A DNA stretch of 64,000 nt from Eledone cirrhosa (lineage: Eukaryota): NCBI GenBank assembly GCA_964016885.1, contig OZ024751.1:4154001-4218000 (forward strand), read 5' to 3'. A program made the translations under genes and the position numbers. Position 1 is the stretch's first letter. Every line of letters starts with the position of its first letter. This document shows positions 24,088 to 47,139 of this stretch, piece by piece. The notes below the pieces were generated by a model. The model saw only the letters and a program-made list of their open reading frames with translations. It did not search any database and had not been told where the DNA came from.

Positions 24088-24954
24088 GTAAAGTGATTTG
24101 TCGAGAAAATGCTGTTGCCCATAGTGCTGTCAATACCCAGACTGCTGGTGCCAGTAACGATGACAATCTTTTACCTGAAGACCACAAAGATCACACAGTG
24201 CCAACAATCAGTGGAGTTTACGGTTCCTTCCCTAATACTAACATCACTGTCAACATCACACTTAGTCCACAGGCATTGATGGGACAAGGACCCATCACTG
24301 TAACGGCAAACACAGCTTCGTCATCTAACGAAGGTGGAGCAGCACACAGGTCATCTTTGGGCAGCAACAGTGCTGTGATCAGTGGCAGCAATCCTTCTTC
24401 TTTACCAAACGGGATTCGCTCAACCACTTCCTCTTCTGCTACAACCACTACCATCGATCTTAGCCAAGCTGGACCATCAACTTCAAGAAGTAGCACCATA
24501 GCTGAAGATCGACTCCACGCCTTAGCAATGGGTGGCTTTTCACATTCCAAATCTCATAGTACCCGTACATCTCAGTCAGGTGTAAAAGTCATAGGTACAA
24601 CAAACTGTAGTAGTAGTAGTAGTAGTACCAGCTATGAGCACTCCAACCAACCTGCATTCCCTATCCACTTGGTTCCAAACAACGCTAGTTACGATGGCAG
24701 TGGTAGTAGCAAAAAGAGCCGATTGGACATGTCTACTGTACAGTCTGGAGCCACTAACCTATCCAGCTCCGGTCAGCTAGAACATAGCCAGACAACAGAA
24801 CGGTCACGCTTTAAACGAATTCTACCAAAGCCAAGCAACAACTATTTACGCAACCCTTCATCTGTTTCTCATCATGGCTTGACGGCAGCAAGTTCTACTT
24901 CTTCTTCTTCTACCTCCTCTTCTACCTATAGACATAGCACTGGTGGTGGTGGTG

Positions 24955-24985
<31 letters not shown>

Positions 24986-25142
24986 TCAGAGTCGGCTGAG
25001 CTCAGTACCGACCTCACTTGGAGGTGCATCAACCCTGGCTCCAACTTCTTCCACACAGAATCGCTATGTGTCGATGCCTTCGAAGGAGGGACACTCTTCA
25101 ACAGAAAACTCTGTCATTTTCATAAAGCAGGACCCCGATTGA
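24088..25142 (+). CDS. Probable terminal coding exon of a host gene; Ser/Thr/Gly-rich disordered C-terminus, likely a nuclear regulator
   Basis: Polypyrimidine tract plus cag acceptor (AG at 24086-24087) and a ~350-codon open frame without TE motifs. Basic motifs KKSRL and RFKRILPKP; ends VIFIKQDPD-stop. AT-rich UTR-like sequence follows. Confidence 0.85.
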
Positions 25143-26074
25143 CTACCGAATGCAGAAGAAGTGAAATTCAGTGGCTGCTGTATCTTGTCTCTTCTGCGTG
25201 CCACAGAACTACTAGTATGCCATAGGGTCCACCACCAACAGTCACTATATCTCTCTAAACTAGTCAGTTACTTTAGAGCACATTCTGTTTGCTGGTTGAC
25301 TTTGGTTCTTCTGGTGCAACTGGTTGATCATCACTATTGTTATTATTATTATTACATCTACTATTATTATTTTTATTATTATTACTATAGAAATTTATAT
25401 TTTAAATTTTTAAATTATATTTCTCCTTATTATTCCAACCAATTCTACAGATATTTGGTTTCCAGATAAAAAAAAAAAGAATTCTTCACTCAAATATTCT
25501 CACATTTTTTGAGTGGAGGAAAATAATGGAAACGTGTAGAAAGAAATGTGTCTTTTATTCAAGAAATTTTCATTTATAAAAAGAAAAAAACATCAAATTC
25601 TTTAATATAATTCAACTACTATTGTGTATATGTGTGTAATTAAGATAGCACAATAGTTGAGCACTTTCCTCTTTTTCTTCCTTCAATCAACCAGAAAAAA
25701 GTGCTCTCGTCAAATTTAATATAATTAAATTTATTATTTTATTTGTAAAAAAACCAAAAAATGTTATTATAGCAACACTTTTTTTTTTTGAAAAAAATTC
25801 ATCATTCCAAAACATTTTTTAAAAAAATTTTATGGATCCAGAATATTACCTCAAGGAACTTGGGAATGTTTTCCAAATATTGAGTATATGCCAAAAAAAA
25901 AAAATAATAATAATGTTAGGAAAAAAAACAATGACAATGATTATTCCACCAGTTTGTCTGTCTGTCTATTCCATTTCTTTTTTGTTTTTATTATTGTTAT
26001 TTTATTATTGTTATTGTAAATGTGTACATAGACACCCAGAACATCATCTTACATAGATATCTTAGATATTCCAC

Positions 26075-36025
<9,951 letters not shown>

Positions 36026-36919
36026 TAGTCTTTAAGCAACCATAATTCCATACCCCTCCCTAACCCCTAATATCAACACAATCATGATCACAATCTATGT
36101 ACCCTATTAATATCATTTGTATCTGTAAACAATATTTTTATTTATTTAATTTTTTTCACATTTGTTGTCTTTTTTGTTCTCCTGTATCTTCATATATTTG
36201 TTGTTTTTATATATATATATAATTTTTAAATTTTAATTTTATCTATATTTAACTTAAATGTTCTTTTTCTATCCTATTCTTTCACTTTGCCTATTTTGGG
36301 GAAAAAGATCATTTTGTTGTTGTTGTTACTGTTGTTCAATCTTAGATATTTAAACAGCATAGATTAATCTATATTATTATTATTATCATTATTATTAATA
36401 TTATCATAATTATTATTGTCGCAGACACATTCACTTCGCTTGTAACTGCCATTCACTGCGGAATTTATCTCCATTTTGGATCCAGTTCAAGAAAACCAAA
36501 TGCATGCCTTTTTATGATATATACACATATATACATACATACACTCACATCTACATATACACATATATATGTGTGTGTGTCTCTATATTTGTGTATGTGT
36601 ATATATATATATAATGTACATATATGTTGATGAAAATATAATGGGTGACAAGACTAGTTGTGTAAGAAAAATGGTGAGAGTCCTAGCTGAAAAAGAGGGC
36701 TTAGAAAAAGGTTGTTATTTATATTTCTTGTTCCCCTTTATTCCAAGTCAGTGGTGTTCACTGACTCATTTTCTAACCACAGTCCCCCATCTCTTAAATC
36801 TCCTAGTAACTAACTATACTACACCACAACACCAGTATCACTGCAACCAACACAATATATATATACACACACACACATATACATACACACATACATACAT
36901 ACATACATACATACATACA

Positions 36920-36978
<59 letters not shown>

Positions 36979-38206
36979 GCCCATATATATATAATCATAC
37001 ATACATGCCCATATATATATATGCATATACATACATACAAACACATATATATAAACAGGTCTTGCTTTCATAGCACTGATGACGTTTTTTAAGGAAATGA
37101 CAACTACTATTTCTAGCATAAATTAACATACTGAGTGCCTTTTAAATTCACATGTTGTTATTATTATTATTATTATTATAGTTGACATGTGGGATGAACA
37201 GGGTTTCTTCTTCTCCATGTGTCACTGTGACATGCCTAATGTGTCTTTTTTATTTGTACTACATGTATAGACACACACAAACTAACTTCTTTCTGTTGTG
37301 AATAGTTGTGAATATCCAATAGCTACCTTTTTATCTATCTACCCACATATCTATTTATCTATCTACCTATATACCTACCTTCCTACCTACCTCTGCACCT
37401 ATCTACCTATCTATTACTTATCTCTCTACCTATCTATCTCTCTATCTACCTACCTATCTACCTATCTCTCTATCTATCTATCTACTTACCTATCTGTCTA
37501 CCTATTTATCCATTATATATTGTATTTCTGTTTAAAATGAAAAAAAAATCGAAAAGCACAACTTTACTACATTTACTCAATCTTTTCCTTCTATCTTATA
37601 CTAAAAACTACAAACAAAACGAATTGACACAAACAAAAAAAAGGTTTAAAAAAACAGTTTTTTATTGAAACCATCAACTTTTACGATTTTTTAATCATCT
37701 TCACTCCATTATCTTACTCCCTCCTTCACCGACTTCGCCTTTTTACTCTGATATCGAGGGTTACTTTTTTCTTCTTTTTTTTTTTCTTGTAGTCAACCAT
37801 CATCTGCCTTCATTTATCACGAAACAATTTATATATATATATATCTCTTGGCACCCCAAAATTGCTGTGCTACCTTCTGTTTCTCTTCCACCCCCATCTC
37901 TCTCTCTTTCTTGTTACCATTCCATGGTTGTGATGCATCATCCCTTAAAATGAACCCACCATGCATCTTCACTTTTTTTTACTGTCTATTTTGCTAACTT
38001 CTCTGTCTATACCTTCACTTCATTGATTCTCAGCCACTACCCCCTTGACCAATTCCCTGTCCCACCTTGATGGTTGATGTCATGTTATATACTCAGTTCT
38101 GTTCTTAGAATTACTGTATATTGTATATCCTTATATATATTGTATATCTTTATATATGAGTTGCAGTGGTAGATATATCACACTCTTTCTGTCTATAATT
38201 GGCTAC

Positions 38207-38540
38207 AGTAAAGTTTGCTATATAAATAAAGTTTGGTATATAAATAAGGTTTGCTATATAAATAAGGTTTGCTATATAAATAAGGTTTGGTATATAAATA
38301 AGGTTTGGTATATAAATAAGGTTTCGTTTATAAGTAAGGTTTGGTATATAAGCTGGTTTTGGTATATAAGTATGGTTTGATATATAAGCGGGGGTTGGTA
38401 TACAAGGGTGGTTTGGTATATAAATAAGGTTTGGTATATAAGTAAGGTTTGGTATATAAGTAAGGTTTGGTATATAAATAAGGTTTGATATATAAGTGAT
38501 ATATGGTATATAAATAAGATTTGGTATACAAGTGATATGC
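38207..38540. repeat. 18-bp minisatellite, ~17 copies
   Basis: Unit aaggtttggtatataaat. Confidence 0.92.
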
Positions 38541-38541
38541 A

Positions 38542-38582
<41 letters not shown>

Positions 38583-38897
38583 CTTTTGTATATAAGTCAC
38601 AGCAGTATACAAGTTACATGTCACTTCATGTTTATGATATTTTAGCTTCTTTATTTAATGAATAATGGGTGACAGTTTAGTCAGATGATTAAAAGTATTT
38701 GAAAAAATGGTTTTGTTGTATTTATTCTGGCTTTTTCATCCTTCCAGAGTCAATAAAATATATTACCTGTTAACGTACTGGAGTTGATGTAATCAGCTTG
38801 TCTCTCCCACCAAATTGCTAAACTTATACATAAATTACAAGCTGTTGTGAAATATCTCAAGCCTAAAACAAGATCTACTGATTAAGTCGCATGTGAC

Positions 38898-39100
38898 TTT
38901 TATAACTGGTATATCTGTGTGCATAAGGACTGCAATTCCAATTTATAACTTGTATGTCTTTGTACATAAGGACCGCAGTTCCAAATTTATATCTAGTATG
39001 TCTTTGTACATATGGACCACAGTTCCAAATTTATAACTAGTATGTTTTTGTACATAAGGACTGCTGTTCCAAATTTATAACTTGTACATAAGGACTGCAG
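38898..39100. repeat. ~43-bp minisatellite, ~5 copies
   Basis: Unit tttataact.gtatgtctttgtacataaggac.gcagttccaaa. Confidence 0.9.
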
Positions 39101-39796
39101 CTATATATTTATGGTGTACATCCTTGCCCATAGATATTACTGTGATAAATACTGGTATATCGTTAGAGATCATCAACAGTAAGTTTGTTGGGAAACATCA
39201 TTCATTTATGTTTCTCTAAACTTTCCAGTTAGCCACACATTCATTAAAAATTGTTAAAACAGTGCCTGCAAAATTAATGAATGTCAAATAATTAATTAAT
39301 TGTTTATTTTGTTTATTCATAGTTTTTTTTTTAATATATTTTTTTTGTTTTGTAATTGAAATAAAATTTAAGAATTTTAATGACTCACCATGTGTAATCT
39401 GTTATACAAGGTGTTTTCTGTCTATTTCGCAGTTGAGTGACAATTCCTCTCTCTCTCTCTCTTTTTCTCCCTGTTTATCTTGCTGACCCCATACCCCCTT
39501 CTCTTTATCTCTCTGTCCCCTGCCCTTCCCCTCACTGTCCCCTGTCCTTCCCCTCTCTGTCCCTGTCCCTTTTCTCTCTCTCTGTTTATTTCTCTGAAAC
39601 TGACCCCTCCTCTATCTGTCTCTCTGTAGGGATGCAGACAGAGAGCAGTTTATCTAATGGTGGTTAGGTTTGTTAGGACCCTATTATGAGGATCTTTATG
39701 AATAATTGTGAAATGTGTGGCCAAGGATCTTCGTGTAAGATTTTATTTTAGAATTCCACTGCAACAGTGAATAACGTTTACTCATATATATATATA

Positions 39797-39993
39797 TAAG
39801 GGTGAGCTCGAAAGTTCATAGGGTGACTGTGAAGGGGTGATGTTATAGCTGTGAAATCTTGCATGCATTAATTTCAACTCTTATTAATAACTGCATTGTT
39901 TCGTTTCCAAAGACTATGTTGAAAAATAAACCTCATTTTGGTCATTCCGTGAGAGTATCTTGATCAGCCTATGAACTTTTTAGCTGGCCCTTA
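39797..39993. mobile_element. Mariner-type MITE in a TA tract
   Basis: Imperfect TIRs taagggtgagctcgaaagttcatagggtga / tcagcctatgaactttttagctggccctta, flanked by TA. Confidence 0.8.
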
Positions 39994-40329
39994 TATATAT
40001 ATATATATTTATGTGTGTGTGTGTGTATATATATATATGTAATATATTTATAGTTGGTGCGGTTTTTATGTGAATTAAAAAGGAGTTACTTTTGACTCTG
40101 CATGTAAGCCCTGAATTTTAGGGTGGGACAGGACTAAATACAGGAAGAAGTTTGGGTCCAGGGGTTTTGACCTGGAAATGAAACCACAACTACAACTTCT
40201 GAACATGTCTTGTTGTGAACATATTTTTTACATTGTATTTGATTTCATGTTGTACACACACATATAAAAGCACAGGTATATTGTATATACTTTTTGTTAT
40301 ATAACTAACATCCATACTGCATGTATACA

Positions 40330-40385
<56 letters not shown>

Positions 40386-40695
40386 AGTACAGGTATAGTG
40401 TGTATAGATTCTGTTATATTTTGTTATATATATAATATATATATTTATATTTAGAATTTTTTACATTTATATATATTTATATATATATGAAACATCAGTA
40501 TTGTATATATATACATGAATATGTGTGTGTATGTGTATATATATATATATATATTAGTACAGATGTAGTGTATATACCTTTTGTTATATTTTGTTCTATA
40601 TATATAAACCCTCAGTACTGTGTATATACATCAATATGTGTGGGTGTATATACATATATATATATATATACACACACATGCACATATTTATGCAT

Positions 40696-40727
<32 letters not shown>

Positions 40728-40985
40728 TTGTACATACACACACACATATATACACACACAAATATATATACATATATACGTATTTATACTTTCTACAAAC
40801 ATTCCTAATATTTCTGTTGTTCCTGTTGCAACATACAGAAATTTGACTTGCTGTACAATTGGAAATATCTTAAATACAATCATTCAAAGAATGGATTGGT
40901 AAATTGTGGAAGAAAGTTGTTTTGCTAACAATATTTGTGTTTTTGAGAGTAATGATGGCAAGGAATTACCTGGTTTACTTTGTTC

Positions 40986-41152
40986 AACTCCGTAGCATTT
41001 ACAGTACTCTATATTTACTATTGTATTTTCACAGTTTATTTTGAGAACAATACCTTAACTTCAGTATGAGTGGCTAGTTACGACTAGTTTCAACAGAAAA
41101 AGGTGAGCGAACTCTGACCAAATACAGCCAGTTTGAATACTTCAGGGTTAAT
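40986..41152 (+). mobile_element. Third, older copy of the TTAA MITE
   Basis: tagcatttacagtactctat...gaacaataccttaacttcagtatgagtgg...agggttaa matches 2463-2672. Confidence 0.75.
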
Positions 41153-41611
41153 AATTGATAGACAGAAAAACAGAAAGATATCTAAGAAATTCTATTTGTG
41201 GGATTTAATATTATGTCAGATGGTTGTTAAAAAGGGGATGTATATGTGTATATATATATATGTATATGTGTTTGTACATATATACATATATTTGTATATA
41301 CAGTATAAATACCCATATATACCTACATATATATATACCCATAAATACCTACATATATATATACGTTTGTGTGTGTGTATATATATATGTGTCTATATGT
41401 ATGTGTATATATCTATATACATATATGTATATATATATGTATACACCCGTGTATATTTATTTATATATATATATAGATATCATTAAGCACTTGCCGCACA
41501 TCTCAGAGGTTGTTTTTCGTTATTTCGTGGGCCGAAATGCGAACTTCGATAATTTATGTTTGTTTATATATAGATATTATATAGATATATATATATATAT
41601 ATATTATATAG

Positions 41612-41642
<31 letters not shown>

Positions 41643-41705
41643 TATTTATATATATCTATATATATATATATATATATTTATTTATATATATATATATACA
41701 CATCT

Positions 41706-41742
<37 letters not shown>

Positions 41743-41791
41743 GATGTGTATATATATATATGTATATATATGTGTATATATATATGTATAT

Positions 41792-41825
<34 letters not shown>

Positions 41826-41900
41826 ACAGATGTGTATATATATATATATATGTATATATACAGATGTGTATATATATATATGTATACAGATGTGTATATA

Positions 41901-41956
<56 letters not shown>

Positions 41957-41994
41957 GATGTGTATATATGTATATATATATATATATATGTATA

Positions 41995-42087
<93 letters not shown>

Positions 42088-42089
42088 GT

Positions 42090-42420
42090 GAAGGCACATG
42101 GCTTAGTGGTTAGAGCATTGGGCTTGAAATCGAAAGGTTGTGAGTTCAATTCTCGGACCGGGTGATGTGTTGTTTCCTTGAGCAAGACACTTTATTTCAC
42201 GTTGCTCCAGTTTACTCAGCTGTAGAAATGAGTTGCGACGTCACTGGTGCCAAGCTGTATCAGCCATTGCCTTTCCCTTGGACCTCATCAGTGGTGTGGA
42301 GAGGGGAGACTGGTATGCTGGTCTTCCACAAAACAAACCTTGCCCAGGCTTGTGCCTCAGAGGAAAGCTTTCTAGGTGCAAATCCCATGGTCATTCGTGA
42401 CCGAAGGGGGTCTTTACCCT
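42090..42420 (+). mobile_element. Full-length tRNA-derived CORE-type SINE
   Basis: A box tggcttagtgg, B box gagttcaattc, CORE-like ccttgagcaagacactttatttcacgttgctccagtttactcagctgta, and a unique tail ending gggggtctttaccc. Confidence 0.85.
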
Positions 42421-42448
42421 TTTTTTTTTATATATGTATATATATGTG

Positions 42449-42487
<39 letters not shown>

Positions 42488-42609
42488 ATATATGTATAGA
42501 TATATATATATATATGTGTATACGTATGTATATATGTATGTATATATATATATACGTATGTATATATGTATGTATAGGAGCTCTTAAGAGTGTATATATG
42601 TATGTAAAG

Positions 42610-43055
42610 GAGCTCTTAGGAGTCAATGGCCATCCAAAATCACCGGGAGAGATGACCCCTTAGCCTTTGTCAAGGCAGAATTCTAGGAGAAGGAAAACTC
42701 TGATATAACACCTGCAACCCTGATGGTATCCAATGATGTTGACTTGTTCTTCTTTTTGGTAAATATCATCTTGGTTAAGAGAGTGAGACTGGCTTTGTGC
42801 AGTGCCTTTGCTCACTATAAAAGCTTCACAGCACAGGCATTGCTTTATATCTGGATATCTCTCTGCACTTGTTATCACATGGTACCATGGGCCCAGCACT
42901 ATGTGTCAATAATTGTCACAAGTGTAGTGTTTGTACCAGAGTTTTCAAGTCGCTGGCTGGACTAAAAAGTCACATTCGTTCAGCGCATCGGTGGGGGTTC
43001 TCCTACATGGATATAAAGTAGTGGCCGTACTCGAAAACGAGTTGGCAGCCACCAT
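42610..43055 (+). mobile_element. Short bipartite non-autonomous RTE/BovB-like element (5' UTR-like segment joined to a C-terminal zinc finger and 3' end)
   Basis: 5' part contains ctaggagaaggaaaactctga. 3' part encodes [22 protein letters not shown]. The 3' part recurs at 47787-47964. Confidence 0.55.
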
Positions 43056-43257
43056 ATATGTGTATATATATACGTATGTATATATGTATGTATATATGTA
43101 TGTATATTTGTATATATATGTATGTATATTTGTATATATATGTATGTATATATGTATATATATGTACGTATATATGTATGTATATGTATATATGTATATA
43201 TACGTTGGAAAGTAAAAAGTCGGAGAATAGACCGTTAAAACATGTTTATTTAAAACA

Positions 43258-43297
43258 GCACCTACGTACGTTTCGCCCAGTTGGGCTTCTCAAGGGC
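43258..43297 (-). ncRNA. Minimal hammerhead motif, U3-A8 core variant
   Basis: gccc-TTGAGAA-gcccaactgggc-GAAA-cgtacg-TA-ggtgc. Confidence 0.7.
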
Positions 43298-44001
43298 ATA
43301 AATAATGACAAGTGTTCCTTGTATTGCTCGGAAAGAGTTTTTGGGGTTAAATCCACATCAAGGTTCATTGCTCGCAAAAATATCTTGTTTTGATTTTGCA
43401 GCAGGTCAAGGGAGGTAACTCTGGCCGGTGTTAGGGCAGTATTTCCCGGACAATTTTCTTTTTTGCCGCATCCGTTTGTCTGAGGCTGGGTCTGGTATGC
43501 AAGGATTGTTTCCTGGGTGTTATTTTGCAGCGCCTATATATATATATGTATGTATATGTATATATATTTGTATGTATATGTATGTATATATATATGTATG
43601 TGTATATATATGTATGTGTATATATATGTATATATATATGTATGTATATGTATATATATATGTATGTGTATATACATGTATGTATGTATGGCTGTAACAG
43701 GTAAAATAGTAATATGTATATATATATGTACGTACATACATATATATATACTATATGTACTATATGTATGTACATATATATATATATACTATATATATAT
43801 ATATTTGTATATATATATATATAAATGTATATATATATATATGTATGTATGTATATATATATATGTATATCTATATGTGTGTGTGTGTATATATATATGT
43901 ATGTATATATATATATGTATATATATGTATGTATATATATATATATGTATATATATGTATGTATACGTATATATATGTATGTATACGTATATATATGTAT
44001 G

Positions 44002-44037
<36 letters not shown>

Positions 44038-44104
44038 GTATGTATATATATATGTATATATATATGTATGTATATATGTATGTATATGTATATATATATG
44101 TATA

Positions 44105-44415
44105 TCATCATCATCATCATCATCATCATCATTTTACGTCCGCTTTTCCCTGCTTGCAAGGGTGGGACGGGTCTTATTCAGCACAGCATCTCTCCACTCG
44201 TCACGGTCTCTCGTCATCTCCACCGTGAGCTTCAATGATCTGAGGTCTCTTCTCACCACCTCTGCCCATGTTTTTCGTGGTCTACCTCTACCACGTCTTC
44301 CTTCAACTGGCAATTCCTGGCACTTCTTCACCCATCGGTCATCCTCCATGCGCATCACATGTCCATACCACCTCAGTCTCCTCTCCCGTACACTACATTC
44401 TATCCCTCTCAGACA
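44105..44415 (-). mobile_element. RTE family B 3' fragment
   Basis: [12 protein letters not shown]...GRGRPRKTW; nearly identical to 52587-52875. Confidence 0.93.
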
Positions 44416-44537
44416 TGTATGTATATATATGTATGTATATATGTATGTATGTATATATATATGTATATGTATGTATGTATGTATGTATACATATATGTAT
44501 GTATGTGTATGTATGTATATATATATATATGTGTGTG

Positions 44538-44608
<71 letters not shown>

Positions 44609-44694
44609 GTAGGAGGTGAGTTTTATTGTAGTACAATAAAGCAATGCAGATATCGGATAAGAAGCACTCTACAGTTTGTAGGACTGGAGTATAC

Positions 44695-44955
44695 ATAATA
44701 TATAAGAACAAAAGATGGTTAAAAGAGTTCCATGTATTTTATTATGCGCATTTCAAAAACAAATATCATCATGCAATAATATTTGTGTTTTCATCAGATT
44801 GATTTAAAACTGAACTACCCACAAGTGTTTTTTAACCTTCATATCATGTCCTCCTGTTTTATCTGATGAAAACACAAATATTATTGCATGATGATATTTG
44901 TTTTTGAAATGCACATAATAAAATACATGGAACTCTTTTAACCATCTTTTGTTCT

Positions 44956-44965
<10 letters not shown>
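44695..44965. repeat. Fold-back (~105-bp arms) containing a hammerhead motif at 44855-44925 (+)
   Basis: tgttttat-CTGATGA-aaacacaaatatta...tgatatttgttttt-GAAA-tgcaca-TA-ataaaata. The left arm has palindromic tgcgca. Confidence 0.88.
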
Positions 44966-44993
<28 letters not shown>

Positions 44994-45009
44994 GATTTTT
45001 GTGTTTTGC

Positions 45010-45075
45010 TTCAGTGAGAACCGCATTTTCGGTGGGCAGGAAAACCTGCCCACCGAAAATGCGATTCTCACTGAA
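45010..45075. repeat. Near-perfect 31-bp-stem hairpin between TA tracts
   Basis: ttcagtgagaaccgcattttcggtgggcagg-aaaa-cctgcccaccgaaaatgcgattctcactgaa. Confidence 0.93.
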
Positions 45076-45253
45076 TCTTTATTTATATATATATATATAT
45101 TAGAAAGTGAGGTGTTTTTTTACAAAATGAAAAATAACCGAGGTGTCCTCCACGAGTGAAAGTATAAAGAAAAAAAGATGAAATCGAAAATGCAACTGGA
45201 GTCTTATTTAAAAAAAAAATATATATATTTATTTGGTTCCTTTACCAAGGGGT

Positions 45254-45500
45254 ACCAAGGTAAAGTATGGTGCGCTTTCATCAGATAAAATACAGATCTG
45301 TTTTATAAATAAATATTGACATACCCGGAAAAAAGACAACCAGAACGGTTGAAATTCGCTGGACTATCCAGCGAATTTCAACCGTTGAGGTTGACTTTCC
45401 AGGTATGTCAATATTTATTTATAAAACAAATCTGTATTTTATCTGATGAAAGCGCACCATACTTTACCTTGGTCGCCCTTGAAATATATATAATAAAATA
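45254..45500 (+). repeat. Fold-back (~105-bp arms) ending in a hammerhead motif at 45435-45500
   Basis: tattttat-CTGATGA-aagcgcacca...tggtcgccctt-GAAA-tatata-TA-ataaaata. Confidence 0.88.
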
Positions 45501-45538
45501 ATTATGGTTTTATAAATATAGTTTCCATTTATTAATAT

Positions 45539-45593
<55 letters not shown>

Positions 45594-45685
45594 GTTTGGT
45601 TGGTGTTCTTTTCACCTTGGCGAATCTGGTCCCTTGTGATTTCAACACGTGTGTGTGTGTCTGTTTGTTTTTCTTTTATATTCAG

Positions 45686-45719
<34 letters not shown>

Positions 45720-45724
<5 letters not shown>

Positions 45725-46596
45725 CTAGAATGAATGGAGATGTGTCTGAGAAAATCACAGATACGTGCCATATCGCCCGGATAAATTTCAGGCTCTTAAT
45801 ACAAATTCAAAAGTGAATCACATATATAGAAATATATCAAACATTAAAACAGATGAGCAGTATAGTGAGTTAAACAAAAATATCAAACGGTACATCAAAT
45901 AACTATTTTACACACTCATACATAATTCCTTAATGGTTACAGAACCATGTTTTACCTTTGGAAGGGTTGAGTTCAATGGTTAATTAAGATCTTCAAGAGA
46001 ATAATATAGATATTTGATGTCCGGTATGTACCGTTTGATATATTTCTGTTAAACTCATTTTTAATTATATGTTCTTACAGAGAGAGCTCGGAATTTATCC
46101 GTGAACTTTTTTTGCAGCTGATATGGGTAATATCTGTGATTTTCTCAGATGCAGCATCTTTGTTCATTTTAGTAATATAAATATGCTCCTGAATGGTATG
46201 GTATTTTGATCAAGCTTTTTATTGTTGGAGGTTTTTTGGGGGGGAGGGGGGGGCTATTTCTAGTTATCCACATACCTATTCATGTCACGTAGACAAAACT
46301 GAGACACAGTGTTTTTTTTTCCGAACCTCCATGTGCATTTCAGCCAGTTTCTTAGATTTGTTTTAGAGGTGTAAGTTCATATAGTTAATTCTCTCTCGCT
46401 GATGATCCTAATTAACCATTGAACTTAACCATTGCAATGGTAAAACATGGTTCTGTAGCCATAAGGGAAATATGTACAAGTGAAATGGTTATTTGATGTC
46501 CAGTATGTAGTGTATAATATACTGTTGTTAAGCTGCCTATACTGCTCATTTGTAATTAATGTTTGATATATTTCTATATATGCCATTTGGTTTTGA

Positions 46597-46600
<4 letters not shown>
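45720..46600. repeat. Old rearranged inverted-repeat complex with a decayed hammerhead (46392-46483, +; mirror remnant ~45910-46000)
   Basis: 45720-45795 is inverted against 46085-46178, and 45800-46000 against 46385-46600. Motif CTGATGA-tcct...agg-GAAA-tatg-TA. Confidence 0.65.
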
Positions 46601-46642
<42 letters not shown>

Positions 46643-46790
46643 GTTTAAATTTGGTGGTTTACCACAGAGTAGAATTGGTCATTCTGCAATGTTAACCATG
46701 ATGTAATATGAGAAAAGCACTCAACGTTATGCAACTCATCATTCTTCAATATTGAATCATGTTGGTGGTGCGAAAACGGAGTAAATGTAT

Positions 46791-46956
46791 TATAAATTGA
46801 AATGATGGGAGGCCGGGTATTTTGAATTTCCTTAATTTTGACATGATGAGGTCACTGGGTTCTTACGCAACTTGGCCACTGAAATGTGCATAGTGTTTGC
46901 AGTAATAAAAAATTAAGGAAATTCAACATATTTGGCCTTCTGTCATTTTACTTTAT
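46791..46956 (+). repeat. Inverted repeat enclosing a decayed hammerhead (46840-46895, C3A)
   Basis: Arms ...ttgaatttccttaatttt / aaaattaaggaaattcaa... Loop reads ac-ATGATGA-ggt...act-GAAA-tgtgca-TA-gt. Confidence 0.55.
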
Positions 46957-47139
46957 ATATATATATATATATGGTATATGTGACAGGTTCACGGGATGGA
47001 GTTAGAAAGATGATCTTTCTTAGCTAGAATGTGTTTTTTCTTTGATATTGAGGCTCCCATATTGAATGATGTAACCATATAGTATATGCTTTTATAACCA
47101 GCTCTATTATGTTTAACACTATCTAAGTGCTACTGTATA

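Noticed and set aside
40135-40215. Hammerhead-like arrangement aggaaga-agtt...aactt-ctgaacatgtc
   Set aside because: Both core segments deviate and stem I is unconvincing; too decayed to call.
42092-42165. tRNA-like sequence with A and B boxes (also 47140, 61070, 58100)
   Set aside because: It continues directly into CORE and tail sequence and lacks a convincing acceptor stem, so it is a SINE head rather than a tRNA gene.
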